The notes under the pieces: generated by a model
Databases searched by the model: none
What the model was told of the DNA's origin: nothing
Seen by the model: the letters and a program-made list of their open reading frames with translations, nothing else
NCBI RefSeq assembly: GCF_009914755.1
Contig: NC_060936.1
Length of the DNA: 64,000 bases
Strand: one strand, 5' to 3'
From: the human T2T-CHM13v2.0 reference genome, Homo sapiens
Shown: positions 11,901 to 24,804 of the stretch, in pieces
Layout: each line of letters starts with the position of its first letter
Position numbering within the stretch: position 1 is the first letter of the stretch
Program-made: the position numbers and the translations under genes

Positions 11901-14900
11901 CAAAGAGGTCCAAATATCCTCTTGCAGACTTTACAAACAGAGTGTTTCCAGGCTGCTCTATGAAAAGAAAGGTTAAAATCTGTGAGTTGAACGCACACAT
12001 CAAAAAGTAGTTTCTGAGAATGATTCTGTCTAGATTTTATATGAAGATACTTCCTTTTCTACCCTTGGCCTCAAAGCGCTTGAAATTTCCACCTGCAAAT
12101 TCCACAAAATGAGTGTATCAAATCTCCTCTCTCTAAAGGAAGGTTTAAGTCTGTGAGTGGAATACACACAACACAAAGCAGTTACTGAGAATTCTTCTTT
12201 CTAGCAGTATATGAAGAAATCCCGTTTCCAAAGAAGGCCTCAAAGAGGTCTAAATATCCACTTGCAGACTTTGCAAAGAGTGTTTCCAAACTGCTCTATG
12301 AAAAGAAAGGTTAAACTCTGTGATTTGAACGCACACATCACAAAGTAGTTTGTGAGAATGATTCTGTCTAGTTATTATACAAAAAATATTTCCTTTTCTA
12401 CCATTGGCCACAAACAACGTGAAATCTCTACCTGTAAATTCAACAAAAAGAGTGTTTCACATCTGCTCGGTCTAAAGGTTGGTTCACTTCTGTGAGTTGA
12501 ATACAGGCACCACAAAGAAGTTACTGAGAATTCTTCTTTCTAGCATTATATGAAGAAATCCCGTTTCCAAAGAAGGCCTCAAAGAGGTATAAATATCCAC
12601 TTGCAGACTTTACAAAGAGAGTTTTTCCAAACTGCTCTATGAAAAGAAAGGTTAAACTCTGCGAGTTGAACGCACACATCACAAAGTAGTTTCTGAGAAT
12701 GATTCTCTCTTGTTTTTCTATGAATATATGTCCTTTTCTACCACTGGCCTCAAAGCGATTGAAATCTGCACCTGGAAATTCCACAAAAAGAGTGTATCAA
12801 ATCTGCTCTGTCAAAAGGAAGTTTCAATTCTGCTAGTTGAATAAATATAACACAAATAAGTTTCTGAGAATTCTTCTGTCTAACATTATATGAAGAAATC
12901 CCGTTTCCAACGAAGTCCTCAAAGGTGTCCAAATATCCACTGGCAAACTTTACAAACAGAGTGTTTCCAAACTGGTCAATCAAAAGAAAGGTTAAACTCT
13001 GTGAATTGAACGCACACATCACAAAGTAGTTTCTGAGAATGATTCTGTCTACTTTTTATACGAAGATATTTCCTTTTCTACATGTGGCCTAAATGTGCTT
13101 GAAATCTCCATCTGCAAATATCACAGAAAGAGTGTTTCACATCTGCTCTGTCTAAAGGAATGTTCAACTCTGTGAGTTGAATACACACAACACAAAGAAG
13201 TTACGGAGAATTATTCTGTCTGGCATTATATGAAGAAATCCCGTTTCCAACGAAGGACTCAAAGAGGTCCATATATCCACTTGCAGAATTTACAAAGAGA
13301 GTGTTTCCAAACTGCTCAATCAAAAGAAAGGTTAAACTCTGTGAATTGAACGCACACATCACAAAGTAGTTTCTGAGAATGATTCTGTCTACTTTTTATA
13401 CGAAGATATTTCCTTTTCTACTTTTGGCCTGTAAGCGCTTGAAATCTCCAACTGCAAATGTCACAGAAAGAGTGTTTCACATCTGCTCCGCCTAAAAGAA
13501 GTTTCAAACCTGTGAATTGAATACACAGGACACAAAGAAGTTACTGAGAATTCTTTCTCCAAAATTATATGAAGAAATCCCGTTTCCAACGAAGGCCTCA
13601 AAGAGGTCCAATTTTCCACGTGCAGATATTAAAAAGAGAGTGATTCTAAACAGCACTATGAAAAGAAAGGCTAAACCGTGTGAGTTGAACACTCACATGA
13701 CAAAGTAGTTTCTCGGAATGATTCTGTCTAGATTTTGTACGAAGATACTACCTTTTCTACCCTTGGCCTGAAAGCGCTTGAAATCTCCACATGCAAATTC
13801 CACAAAAAGAGTGTATCAAATGTGCTCTCTCTGAAGGAAGGTTCAAGTCTGTGAGTGGAATACACACAACACAAAGAAGTTACTGAGAATTCTTCTGTCT
13901 AGCATTATATGAAGAAAACCCTTTTCTAAGGAAAGGCTCGAAGAGGTCCAAATATCCTCTTGCGGACTGTCCAACCAGAGTGTTTCCACACTGCTGCATG
14001 AAAAGAAAGGTTAAACTCTGCGAGTTGAACGCACACATCACAAAGTAGTTTCTGAGAATGATTCTCTCTTGTTTTTCTATGAATATATGTCCTTTTCTAC
14101 CACTGGCCTCAAAGCGATTGAAATCTGCACCTGGAAATTCCACAAAAAGAGTGTATCAAATCTGCTCTGTCAAAAGGAAGTTTCAATTCTGCTAGTTGAA
14201 TAAATATAACACAAATAAGTTTCTGAGAATTCTTCTGTCTAACATTATATGAAGAAATCCCGTTTCCAACGAAGGCCTCAAAGGTGTCCAAATATCCACT
14301 GGCAAACTTTACAAACAGAGTGTTTCCAAACTGGTCAATCAAAAGAAAGGTTAAACTCTGTGAATTGAACGCACACATCACAAAGTAGTTTCTGAGAATG
14401 ATTCTGTCTACTTTTTATACGAAGATATTTCCTTTTCTACATGTGGCCTAAATGTGCTTGAAATCTCCATCTGCAAATATCACAGAAAGAGTGTTTCACA
14501 TCTGCTCTGTCTAAAGGAATGTTCAACTCTGTGAGTTGAATACACACAACACAAAGAAGTTACGGAGAATTATTCTGTCTGGCATTATATGAAGAAATCC
14601 CGTTTCCAACGAAGGCCTCAAAGAGGTCCATATATCCACTTGCAGAATTTACAAAGAGAGTGTTTCCAAACTGCTCAATCAAAAGAAAGCTTAAACTCTG
14701 TGAATTGAACGCACACATCACAAAGTAGTTTCTGAGAATGATTCTGTCTACTTTTTATACGAAGATATTTCCTTTTCTACTTTTAGCCTGTAAGCGCTTG
14801 AAATCTCCAACTGCAAATGTCACAGAAAGAGTGTTTCACATCTGCTCCGCCTAAAAGAAGTTTCAAACCTGTGAATTGAATACACAGGACACAAAGAAGT

Positions 14901-17900
14901 TACTGAGAATTCTTTCTCCAAAATTATATGAAGAAATCCCGTTTCCAACGAAGGCCTCAAAGAGGTCCAATTTTCCACGTGCAGATATTAGAAAGAGAGT
15001 GATTCTAAACAGCACTATGAAAAGAAAGGTTAAACTCTGTGAGTTGAACGCTCACATGACAAAGTAGTTTCTCAGAATGATTCTGTCTAGATTTTATACG
15101 AAGATACTACCTTTTCTACCCTTGGCCTGAAAGCTCTTGAAATCTCCACATGCAAATTCCACAAAAAGAGTGTATCAAATGTGCTCTCTCTAAAGGAAGG
15201 TTCAAGTCTGTGAGTGGAATACACACAACACAAAGAAGTTACTGAGAATTCTTCTGTCTAGCATTATATGAAGAAATCCCTTTTCTAAGGAAAGTCTCGA
15301 AGAGGTCCAAATATCCTCTTGCGGACTATCCAACCAGAGTGTTTCCACACTGCTGCATGAAAAGAAAGGTTAAACTCTGTGAGTTGAACGCACACATCAA
15401 AAAGTAGTTTCTGAGAATAATTCTGTCTACTTTTTATACGAAGATACTTCTTTTCCTACCATTGGCCTCAAAGCGATTGAAATTTCCACATGGAAATTCC
15501 ACAAAAAGAGTGTTTCAAATCTGCTCTGTCTAAAGGGAAGTTCAACTCTGTGAGTTGAATGCACACAACAGAAATAAGTTACTTGAATTCTTCTGTCTAA
15601 CATTATACGAAGAAATCACGTTTCCAACGAAGGACACAAAGAGGTCCATATATCCACTTGCAGAATTTACAAGGAGAGTGTCTCCAAACTGCTCAATCAA
15701 AAGAAAGTTTAAACTCTGTGAATTGAACGCACCCATCACAAAGTAGTTTCTGAGAATGATTCTGTCTACTTTTTATACGAAGATATTTCCTTTTCTACTT
15801 TTGGCGTATAAGCGCTCGAAATCTCCAACTGCAAATATCACAAAAAGAGATTTTCACATCTGCTCCTTCTAAAAGAAGGTTCAACTCTGTGAGTTGAATA
15901 CACAGAACACAAAGAAGTTACTTAGAATTCTTCTGTCTAACATTATATGAAGAAATACCGTTTCCAACGAAGGCCTCAAAGAACTCCAATTATCCACTTG
16001 CAGATATCACAAAGAGAGTGTTTCTAAACAGCTCTATGAAAAGAAAGGTTAAACTCTGTATGTTGAACGCACACATCAAAAAGTAGTTTCTCAGAATGAT
16101 TCTGTCTAGATTTTATACGAAGATATTTCCTTTTCTACCCTTGGCCAGAAAGAGCTTGAAATCTCCGCATGCAAATTCCACAATAAGAGTGTGTCAAATG
16201 TGCTCTCTCTAAAGGAAGGTTCAAGTCTGTGAGTGGAATACACACAACACAAAGAAGTTACTGAGAATTCTTCTGTCTAGCATTATATGAAGAAATCCCT
16301 TTTCTAAGGAAAGTCTCAAAGAGGTCCAAATATCTTCTTGCAGACTTTGAAACAGAGTGTTTCCAAACTGCTGCATGAAAAGAAAGGTTAAACTCTGTGA
16401 ATTGATTGCACACATCACAAAGTAGATTCTCAGAATGATTCTGTATAGTTTTTATACGAAGATATATCCTTTTCTATCTTTGGCCTAAAAGGTCTACAAA
16501 TCTCCACGTGCAAATATCACAAAAAGAGTATTTCACATCTGCTCTGTCTAAAGGAAGTTTCAAGTCTATGAGTTGAATACACACAACCCAAGGAAGTTAT
16601 TAAGATTTATTCTGTCTAGCAGTATATGAAGAAATCCCGTTTCCAACGAAGGCCTCAAAGAGGTCCAAATATCCTCTTGCAGACTTTACAAACAGAGTGT
16701 TTCCAGGCTGCTCTATGAAAAGAAAGGTTAAAATCTGTGAGTTGAACGCACACATCAAAAAGTAGTTTCTGAGAATGATTCTGTCTAGATTTTATATGAA
16801 GATACTTCCTTTTCTACCCTTGGCCTCAAAGCGCTTGAAATTTCCACCTGCAAATTCCACAAAATGAGTGTATCAAATCTCCTCTCTCTAAAGGAAGGTT
16901 TAAGTCTGTGAGTGGAATACACACAACACAAAGCAGTTACTGAGAATTCTTCTTTCTAGCAGTATATGAAGAAATCCCGTTTCCAAAGAAGGCCTCAAAG
17001 AGGTCTAAATATCCACTTGCAGACTTTGCAAAGAGTGTTTCCAAACTGCTCTATGAAAAGAAAGGTTAAACTCTGTGATTTGAACGCACACATCACAAAG
17101 TAGTTTGTGAGAATGATTCTGTCTAGTTATTATACAAAATATATTTCCTTTTCTACCATTGGCCACAAACAACGTGAAATCTCCACCTGTAAATTCAACA
17201 AAAAGAGTGTTTCACATCTGCTCGGTCTAAAGGTTGGTTCACTTCTGTGAGTTGAATACAGGCACCACAAAGAAGTTACTGAGAATTCTTCTTTCTAGCA
17301 TTATATGAAGAAATCCCGTTTCCAAAGAAGGCCTCAAAGAGGTATAAATATCCACTTGCAGACTTTACAAAGAGAGTTTTTCCAAACTGCTCTATGAAAA
17401 GAAAGGTTAAACTCTGCGAGTTGAACGCACACATCACAAAGTAGTTTCTGAGAATGATTCTCTCTTGTTTTTCTACGAATATATGTCCTTTTCTACCACT
17501 GGCCTCAAAGCGATTGAAATCTGCACCTGGAAATTCCACAAAAAGAGTGTATCAAATCTGCTCTGTCAAAAGGAAGTTTCAATTCTGCTAGTTGAATAAA
17601 TATAACACAAATAAGTTTCTGAGAATTCTTCTGTCTAACATTATATGAAGAAATCCCGTTTCCAACGAAGGCCTCAAAGGTGTCCAAATATCCACTGGCA
17701 AACTTTACAAACAGAGTGTTTCCAAACTGCTCAATCAAAAGAAAGGTTAAACTCTGTGAGTTGAACACACACATCACAAAGTAGTTTCTGAGAATGATTC
17801 TGTCTACTTTTTATACGAAGATATTTCCTTTTCTACTTTTGGCCTATAAGCGCTTGAAATCTCCAACTGCAAATGTCACAGAAAGAGTGTTTCACATCTG

Positions 17901-20900
17901 CTCCGCCTAAAAGAAGTTTCAAACCTGTGAATTGAATACACAGGACACAAAGAAGTTACTGAGAATTCTTTCTCCAACATTATATGAAGAAATCCCGTTT
18001 CCAACGAAGGCCTCAAAGAGGTCCAATTTTCCACGTGCAGATATTAAAAAGAGAGTGTTTCTAAACAGCACTATGAAAAGAAAGGTTAAACTCTGTGAGT
18101 TGAATGCACACGTCACAAAGTAGTTTCTCAGAATGATCCTGTCTAGATTTTATACGAAGATACTACCTTTTCTACCCTTGGCCTGAAAGCGCTTGAAATC
18201 TCCTCGTGCAATTTCCACAAAAAGAGTGTATCAAATGTGCTCTCTCTAAAGGAAGGTTCAAGTCTGTGAGTGGAATACACACAACACAAAGAAGTTACTG
18301 AGAATTCTTCTGTCTAGCATTATATGAAGAAATCCCTTTTCTAAGGAAAGTCTCGAAGAGGTCCAAATATCCTCTTGCGGACTATCCAACCAGAGTGTTT
18401 CCACACTGCTGCATGAAAAGAAAGGTTAAACTCTGTGAGTTGAACGCACACATCAAAAAGTAGTTTCTGAGAATGATTCTGTCTAATTTTTATACGTAGA
18501 TATTTCTTTTTCTACCATTGGCCTCAAAGCGATTGAAATTTCCACATGGAAATTCCACAAAAAGAGTGTTTCAAATCTGCTCTGTCTAAAGGAAAGTTCA
18601 ACTCTGTGAGTTGAATGCACACAACAGAAATAAGTTACTGAGAATTCTTCTGTCTAACATTATACGAAGAAATCACGTTTCCAACGAAGGACACAAAGAG
18701 GTCCATATATCCACTTGCAGAATTTACAAGGAGAGTGTCTCCAAACTGCTCAATCAAAAGAAAGTTTAAACTCTGTGAATTGAACGCACCCATCACAAAG
18801 TAGTTTCTGAGAATGATTCTGTCTACTTTTTATACGAAGATATTTCCTTTTCTACTTTTGGCGTATAAGTGCTCGAAATCTCCAACTGCAAATATCACAG
18901 AAAGAGATTTTCACATCTGCTCCTTCTAAAAGAAGGTTCAACTCTGTGAGTTGAATACACAGAACACAAAGAAGTTACTGAGAATTCTTCTGTCTAACAT
19001 TATATGAAGAAATCCCGTTTCCAACGAAGGCCTCAAAGAGGTCCAAATATCCTCTTGCAGACTTTACAAACAGAGTGTTTCCAGGCTGCTCTATGAAAAG
19101 AAAGGTTAAAATCTGTGAGTTGAACGCACACATCAAAAAGTAGTTTCTGAGAATGATTCTGTCTAGATTTTATATGAAGATACTTCCTTTTCTACCCTTG
19201 GCCTCAAAGCGCTTGAAATTTCCACCTGCAAATTCCACAAAATGAGTGTATCAAATCTCCTCTCTCTAAAGGAAGGTTTAAGTCTGTGAGTGGAATACAC
19301 ACAACACAAAGCAGTTACTGAGAATTCTTCTTTCTAGCAGTATATGAAGAAATCCCGTTTCCAAAGAAGGCCTCAAAGAGGTCTAAATATCCACTTGCAG
19401 ACTTTGCAAAGAGTGTTTCCAAACTGCTCTATGAAAAGAAAGGTTAAACTCTGTGATTTGAACGCACACATCACAAAGTAGTTTGTGAGAATGATTCTGT
19501 CTAGTTATTATACAAAAAATATTTCCTTTTCTACCATTGGCCACAAACAACGTGAAATCTCTACCTGTAAATTCAACAAAAAGAGTGTTTCACATCTGCT
19601 CGGTCTAAAGGTTGGTTCACTTCTGTGAGTTGAATACAGGCACCACAAAGAAGTTACTGAGAATTCTTCTTTCTAGCATTATATGAAGAAATCCCGTTTC
19701 CAAAGAAGGCCTCAAAGAGGTATAAATATCCACTTGCAGACTTTACAAAGAGAGTTTTTCCAAACTGCTCTATGAAAAGAAAGGTTAAACTCTGCGAGTT
19801 GAACGCACACATCACAAAGTAGTTTCTGAGAATGATTCTCTCTTGTTTTTCTATGAATATATGTCCTTTTCTACCACTGGCCTCAAAGCGATTGAAATCT
19901 GCACCTGGAAATTCCACAAAAAGAGTGTATCAAATCTGCTCTGTCAAAAGGAAGTTTCAATTCTGCTAGTTGAATAAATATAACACAAATAAGTTTCTGA
20001 GAATTCTTCTGTCTAACATTATATGAAGAAATCCCGTTTCCAACGAAGTCCTCAAAGGTGTCCAAATATCCACTGGCAAACTTTACAAACAGAGTGTTTC
20101 CAAACTGGTCAATCAAAAGAAAGGTTAAACTCTGTGAATTGAACGCACACATCACAAAGTAGTTTCTGAGAATGATTCTGTCTACTTTTTATACGAAGAT
20201 ATTTCCTTTTCTACATGTGGCCTAAATGTGCTTGAAATCTCCATCTGCAAATATCACAGAAAGAGTGTTTCACATCTGCTCTGTCTAAAGGAATGTTCAA
20301 CTCTGTGAGTTGAATACACACAACACAAAGAAGTTACGGAGAATTATTCTGTCTGGCATTATATGAAGAAATCCCGTTTCCAACGAAGGACTCAAAGAGG
20401 TCCATATATCCACTTGCAGAATTTACAAAGAGAGTGTTTCCAAACTGCTCAATCAAAAGAAAGGTTAAACTCTGTGAATTGAACGCACACATCACAAAGT
20501 AGTTTCTGAGAATGATTCTGTCTACTTTTTATACGAAGATATTTCCTTTTCTACTTTTGGCCTGTAAGCGCTTGAAATCTCCAACTGCAAATGTCACAGA
20601 AAGAGTGTTTCACATCTGCTCCGCCTAAAAGAAGTTTCAAACCTGTGAATTGAATACACAGGACACAAAGAAGTTACTGAGAATTCTTTCTCCAAAATTA
20701 TATGAAGAAATCCCGTTTCCAACGAAGGCCTCAAAGAGGTCCAATTTTCCACGTGCAGATATTAAAAAGAGAGTGATTCTAAACAGCACTATGAAAAGAA
20801 AGGCTAAACCGTGTGAGTTGAACACTCACATGACAAAGTAGTTTCTCGGAATGATTCTGTCTAGATTTTGTACGAAGATACTACCTTTTCTACCCTTGGC

Positions 20901-22162
20901 CTGAAAGCGCTTGAAATCTCCACATGCAAATTCCACAAAAAGAGTGTATCAAATGTGCTCTCTCTGAAGGAAGGTTCAAGTCTGTGAGTGGAATACACAC
21001 AACACAAAGAAGTTACTGAGAATTCTTCTGTCTAGCATTATATGAAGAAAACCCTTTTCTAAGGAAAGGCTCGAAGAGGTCCAAATATCCTCTTGCGGAC
21101 TGTCCAACCAGAGTGTTTCCACACTGCTGCATGAAAAGAAAGGTTAAACTCTGCGAGTTGAACGCACACATCACAAAGTAGTTTCTGAGAATGATTCTCT
21201 CTTGTTTTTCTATGAATATATGTCCTTTTCTACCACTGGCCTCAAAGCGATTGAAATCTGCACCTGGAAATTCCACAAAAAGAGTGTATCAAATCTGCTC
21301 TGTCAAAAGGAAGTTTCAATTCTGCTAGTTGAATAAATATAACACAAATAAGTTTCTGAGAATTCTTCTGTCTAACATTATATGAAGAAATCCCGTTTCC
21401 AACGAAGGCCTCAAAGGTGTCCAAATATCCACTGGCAAACTTTACAAACAGAGTGTTTCCAAACTGGTCAATCAAAAGAAAGGTTAAACTCTGTGAATTG
21501 AACGCACACATCACAAAGTAGTTTCTGAGAATGATTCTGTCTACTTTTTATACGAAGATATTTCCTTTTCTACATGTGGCCTAAATGTGCTTGAAATCTC
21601 CATCTGCAAATATCACAGAAAGAGTGTTTCACATCTGCTCTGTCTAAAGGAATGTTCAACTCTGTGAGTTGAATACACACAACACAAAGAAGTTACGGAG
21701 AATTATTCTGTCTGGCATTATATGAAGAAATCCCGTTTCCAACGAAGGCCTCAAAGAGGTCCATATATCCACTTGCAGAATTTACAAAGAGAGTGTTTCC
21801 AAACTGCTCAATCAAAAGAAAGCTTAAACTCTGTGAATTGAACGCACACATCACAAAGTAGTTTCTGAGAATGATTCTGTCTACTTTTTATACGAAGATA
21901 TTTCCTTTTCTACTTTTAGCCTGTAAGCGCTTGAAATCTCCAACTGCAAATGTCACAGAAAGAGTGTTTCACATCTGCTCCGCCTAAAAGAAGTTTCAAA
22001 CCTGTGAATTGAATACACAGGACACAAAGAAGTTACTGAGAATTCTTTCTCCAAAATTATATGAAGAAATCCCGTTTCCAACGAAGGCCTCAAAGAGGTC
22101 CAATTTTCCACGTGCAGATATTAGAAAGAGAGTGATTCTAAACAGCACTATGAAAAGAAAGG
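7859..22162. repeat. Tandem duplication of a 7,133-bp (42-monomer) block
   Basis: The ORFs from 8409 to 14109 recur with identical translation at +7133 (15542, 16221, 17276 ... 21242). Private SNPs are shared (gagaataattc, taaagggaag, aaataccg, tatacgtagat, cgaagtcctc). Flanking mismatches at 7858/14991 and 15030/22163 bound it. Confidence 0.96.
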
Positions 22163-22489
22163 CTAAACCCTGTGAGTTGAACACTCACATGACAAAGTAG
22201 TTTCTCGGAATGATTCTGTCTAGATTTTGTACGAAGATACTACCTTTTCTACCCTTGGCCTGAAAGCACTTGAAATCTCCACATGCAAATTCCACAAAAA
22301 GAGTGTATCAAATGTGCTCTCTCTGAAGGAAGGTTCAAGTCTGTGAGTGGAATACACACAACACAAAGAAGTTACTGAGAATTCTTCTGTCTAGCATTAT
22401 ATGAAGAAAACCCTTTTCTAAGGAAAGGCTCGAAGAGGTCCAAATATCCTCTTGCGGACTGTCCAACCAGAGTGTTTCCACACTGCTGC
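19772..22489. repeat. Tandem duplication of a 1,359-bp 8-monomer block (also at 12639-15029 in the first copy of the 7.1-kb duplication)
   Basis: ORF pairs 19883/21242 and 20637/21996 are offset by 1359. Hybrid monomer at ~21131-21153 (and ~13998-14020). The copies differ at several SNPs. Confidence 0.92.
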
Positions 22490-24787
22490 ATGAAAAGAAA
22501 GGTTAAACTCTGTGAGTTGAACGCACACATCCAAAAGTAGTTTCTGAGAATGATTCTGTCTACTTTTTATACGAAGATATTTCTTTTTCTACCATTGGCC
22601 TCAAAGCGATTGAAATTTCCACTTGGAAATTCCACAAAAAGAGTGTTTCAAATCTGCTCTGTCTAAAGGAAAGGTCAACTCTGTGAGTTGAATGCACACA
22701 ACAGAAATAAGTTACTGAGAGTTCTTCTGTCTAACATTATACGAAGAATTCCCGCTTCCAACGAAGGACACAAAGAGGTCCATATATCCACCTGCAGAAT
22801 TTACAAGGAGAGTGTCTCCAAACTGCTCAATCAAAAGAAAGTTTAAACTCTGTGAATTGAACGCACCCATCACAAAGTAGTTTCTGAGAATGATTCTGTC
22901 TACTTTTTATATGAAGATATTTCCTTTTCTACTTTTGGCCTATAAGCGCTTGAAATCTCCAACTGCAAATATCACAGAAAAAGTGTTTCACATCTGCTCC
23001 GCCTAAAAGAAGGTTCAAATCTGTGAGTTGAATACACAGGACACAAAAAATTTACTGAGAATTCTTTCTCCAACATTATATGAAGAAATCCCTTTTCCAA
23101 CGAAGGCCTCAAAGAGGTCCAATTTTCCACGTGCAGATATTAAAAAGAGAGTGATTCTAAACAGCACTTGAAAAGAAAGGTTAAACTCCGTGAGTTGAAC
23201 GCTCACATGACAAAGTAGTTTCTCAGAATGATTCTGTCTAGATTTTGTACGAAGATACTACCTTTTCTACCCTTGGCCTGAAAGCGCTTGAAATCTCCAC
23301 ATGCAAATTCCACAAAAAGAGTGTATCAAATGTTCTCTCTCTAAAGGAAGGTTCAAGTCTGTGAGTGGAATACACACAACACAAAGAAGTTACTGAGAAT
23401 TCTTCTGTCTAGCATTATATGAAGAAAACCCTTTTCTAAGGAAAGGCTCGAAGAGGTCCAAATATCCTCTTGCGGACTGTCCAACCAGAGTGTTTCCACA
23501 CTGCTGCATGAAAAGAAAGGTTAAACTCTGTGAGTTGAACGCACACTTCACAAAGTAGTTTCTGAGAATGATTCTGTCTAGATTTTTTACGAAGATAGTT
23601 CCTTTTCTACCCTTGGCCTGAAAGCGCTTGAAATCTCCACCTGCAAATTCCACAAAAAGAGTGTATGAAATCTCCTCTCTCAACTGAAAAGTTCAAGTCT
23701 GTGATTGGAATACACACAATACAAAGAATTTACTGAGAATTCTTCTGTCTATCAGTATATGAAGAAATCCCGTTTCCAACAGAGGCCTCAAAGAGGTCCA
23801 AATATCCACTTGCAGACTTTACAAACAGAGTGTTACCAAACTGCTCTATGAAAAAGAAAGTTTAAACTCTATGAATTGAATGCACACATCACAAAGTAGT
23901 TTCTCAGAATGATTCTGTCAAGATTTTATACGAAGATACTTCCTTTTCTACCATTGGCCACAAAGCACGTGAAATCTCCACCTGCAAATTCAACAAAAAG
24001 AGTGTTTCACATCTGTTCGGTCTAAAGTTTGGTTCACTTCTGTGAGTTGAATACAGGCAACAGAAAGAAGATACTGAGAATTCTTCTTTCTAGCATTATA
24101 TGAAGAAATCCCGTTTCCAACGAAGGCCTCAAAGAGGTCCAAATATCCACTTGCAGACTTTACAAAGAGAGTTTTTCCAAACTGCTCTATGAAAAGAAAG
24201 GTTAAACTCTGCGAGTTGAACGCACACATCACAAAGTAGTTTCTGAGAAGGATTCTCTCTTGTTTTTCTACGAATATATGTCCTTTTCTACCATTGGCCT
24301 CAAAGCGATTGAAATCTGCAACTGGAAATTCCACAAAAAGAGTGTATCAAATCTGCTCTGTCAAAAGGAAGTTTCAATTCTACTAGTTGAATAAACATAA
24401 CACAAATAAGTTTCTGAGAATTCGTCTGTCTAACATTATATGAAGAAATCCCGTTTCCAATGAAGGCCTAAAAGGTGGCCAAATATCCACTGGCAGACAT
24501 TAGAAAGAGAGTGTTTCCAAACTGCTCAATCAAAAGAAAGGTTAAACTCTGAGAAATGAACGCACACATCACAAATTAGTTTCTGAGAATGATTCTGTCT
24601 AGTTTTTATACGAAGATACATCCTTTTCTACCTTTGGCATAGAAGAGCTTGAAATCTCCACTTGCAAATATCACAAAAAGAGTGTCTCACATATGCTCTG
24701 TCTAAAGGAAAGTTCAAATCTGTGAGTTGAATACAAACAACACAAGGAAGTTACTGAGAATTCTTCTGCTAGCATTATATGAAGAAA

Positions 24788-24804
24788 TCCCGTTTCCAAC
24801 GAAG
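24788..24804 (-). promoter_or_regulatory. CENP-B box (intact) at the junction between the left HOR and the 8-mer family
   Basis: tcccgtttccaacgaag; the upstream dimer is left-domain type E and the downstream dimer is 8-mer type Z. Confidence 0.93.

Larger units (their letters stand above)
1..24790 (-). repeat. Left HOR domain: 11 distinguishable dimer types (A-K) in 18-/14-/10-/8-mer arrangements; resembles a secondary (probably inactive) SF1 HOR such as 18-mer S1C12H2
   Basis: Diagnostic dimers recur at 3056 bp (ORF copies 6032/9088, 7087/10143, 7743/10799 = 18 monomers), 2378 bp (10143/12521 = 14), 1698 bp (2296/3994 = 10) and 1359 bp (12750/14109 = 8). The structure is seen directly; the HOR name is from recall and unverified. 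Confidence 0.85.

Noticed and set aside
12639-15029. 1,359-bp repeat in the left domain as the same HOR as the right-domain 8-mer
   Set aside because: Same length only because both are four dimers; the dimer types (D, E/F, G, H) differ from W-X-Y-Z.
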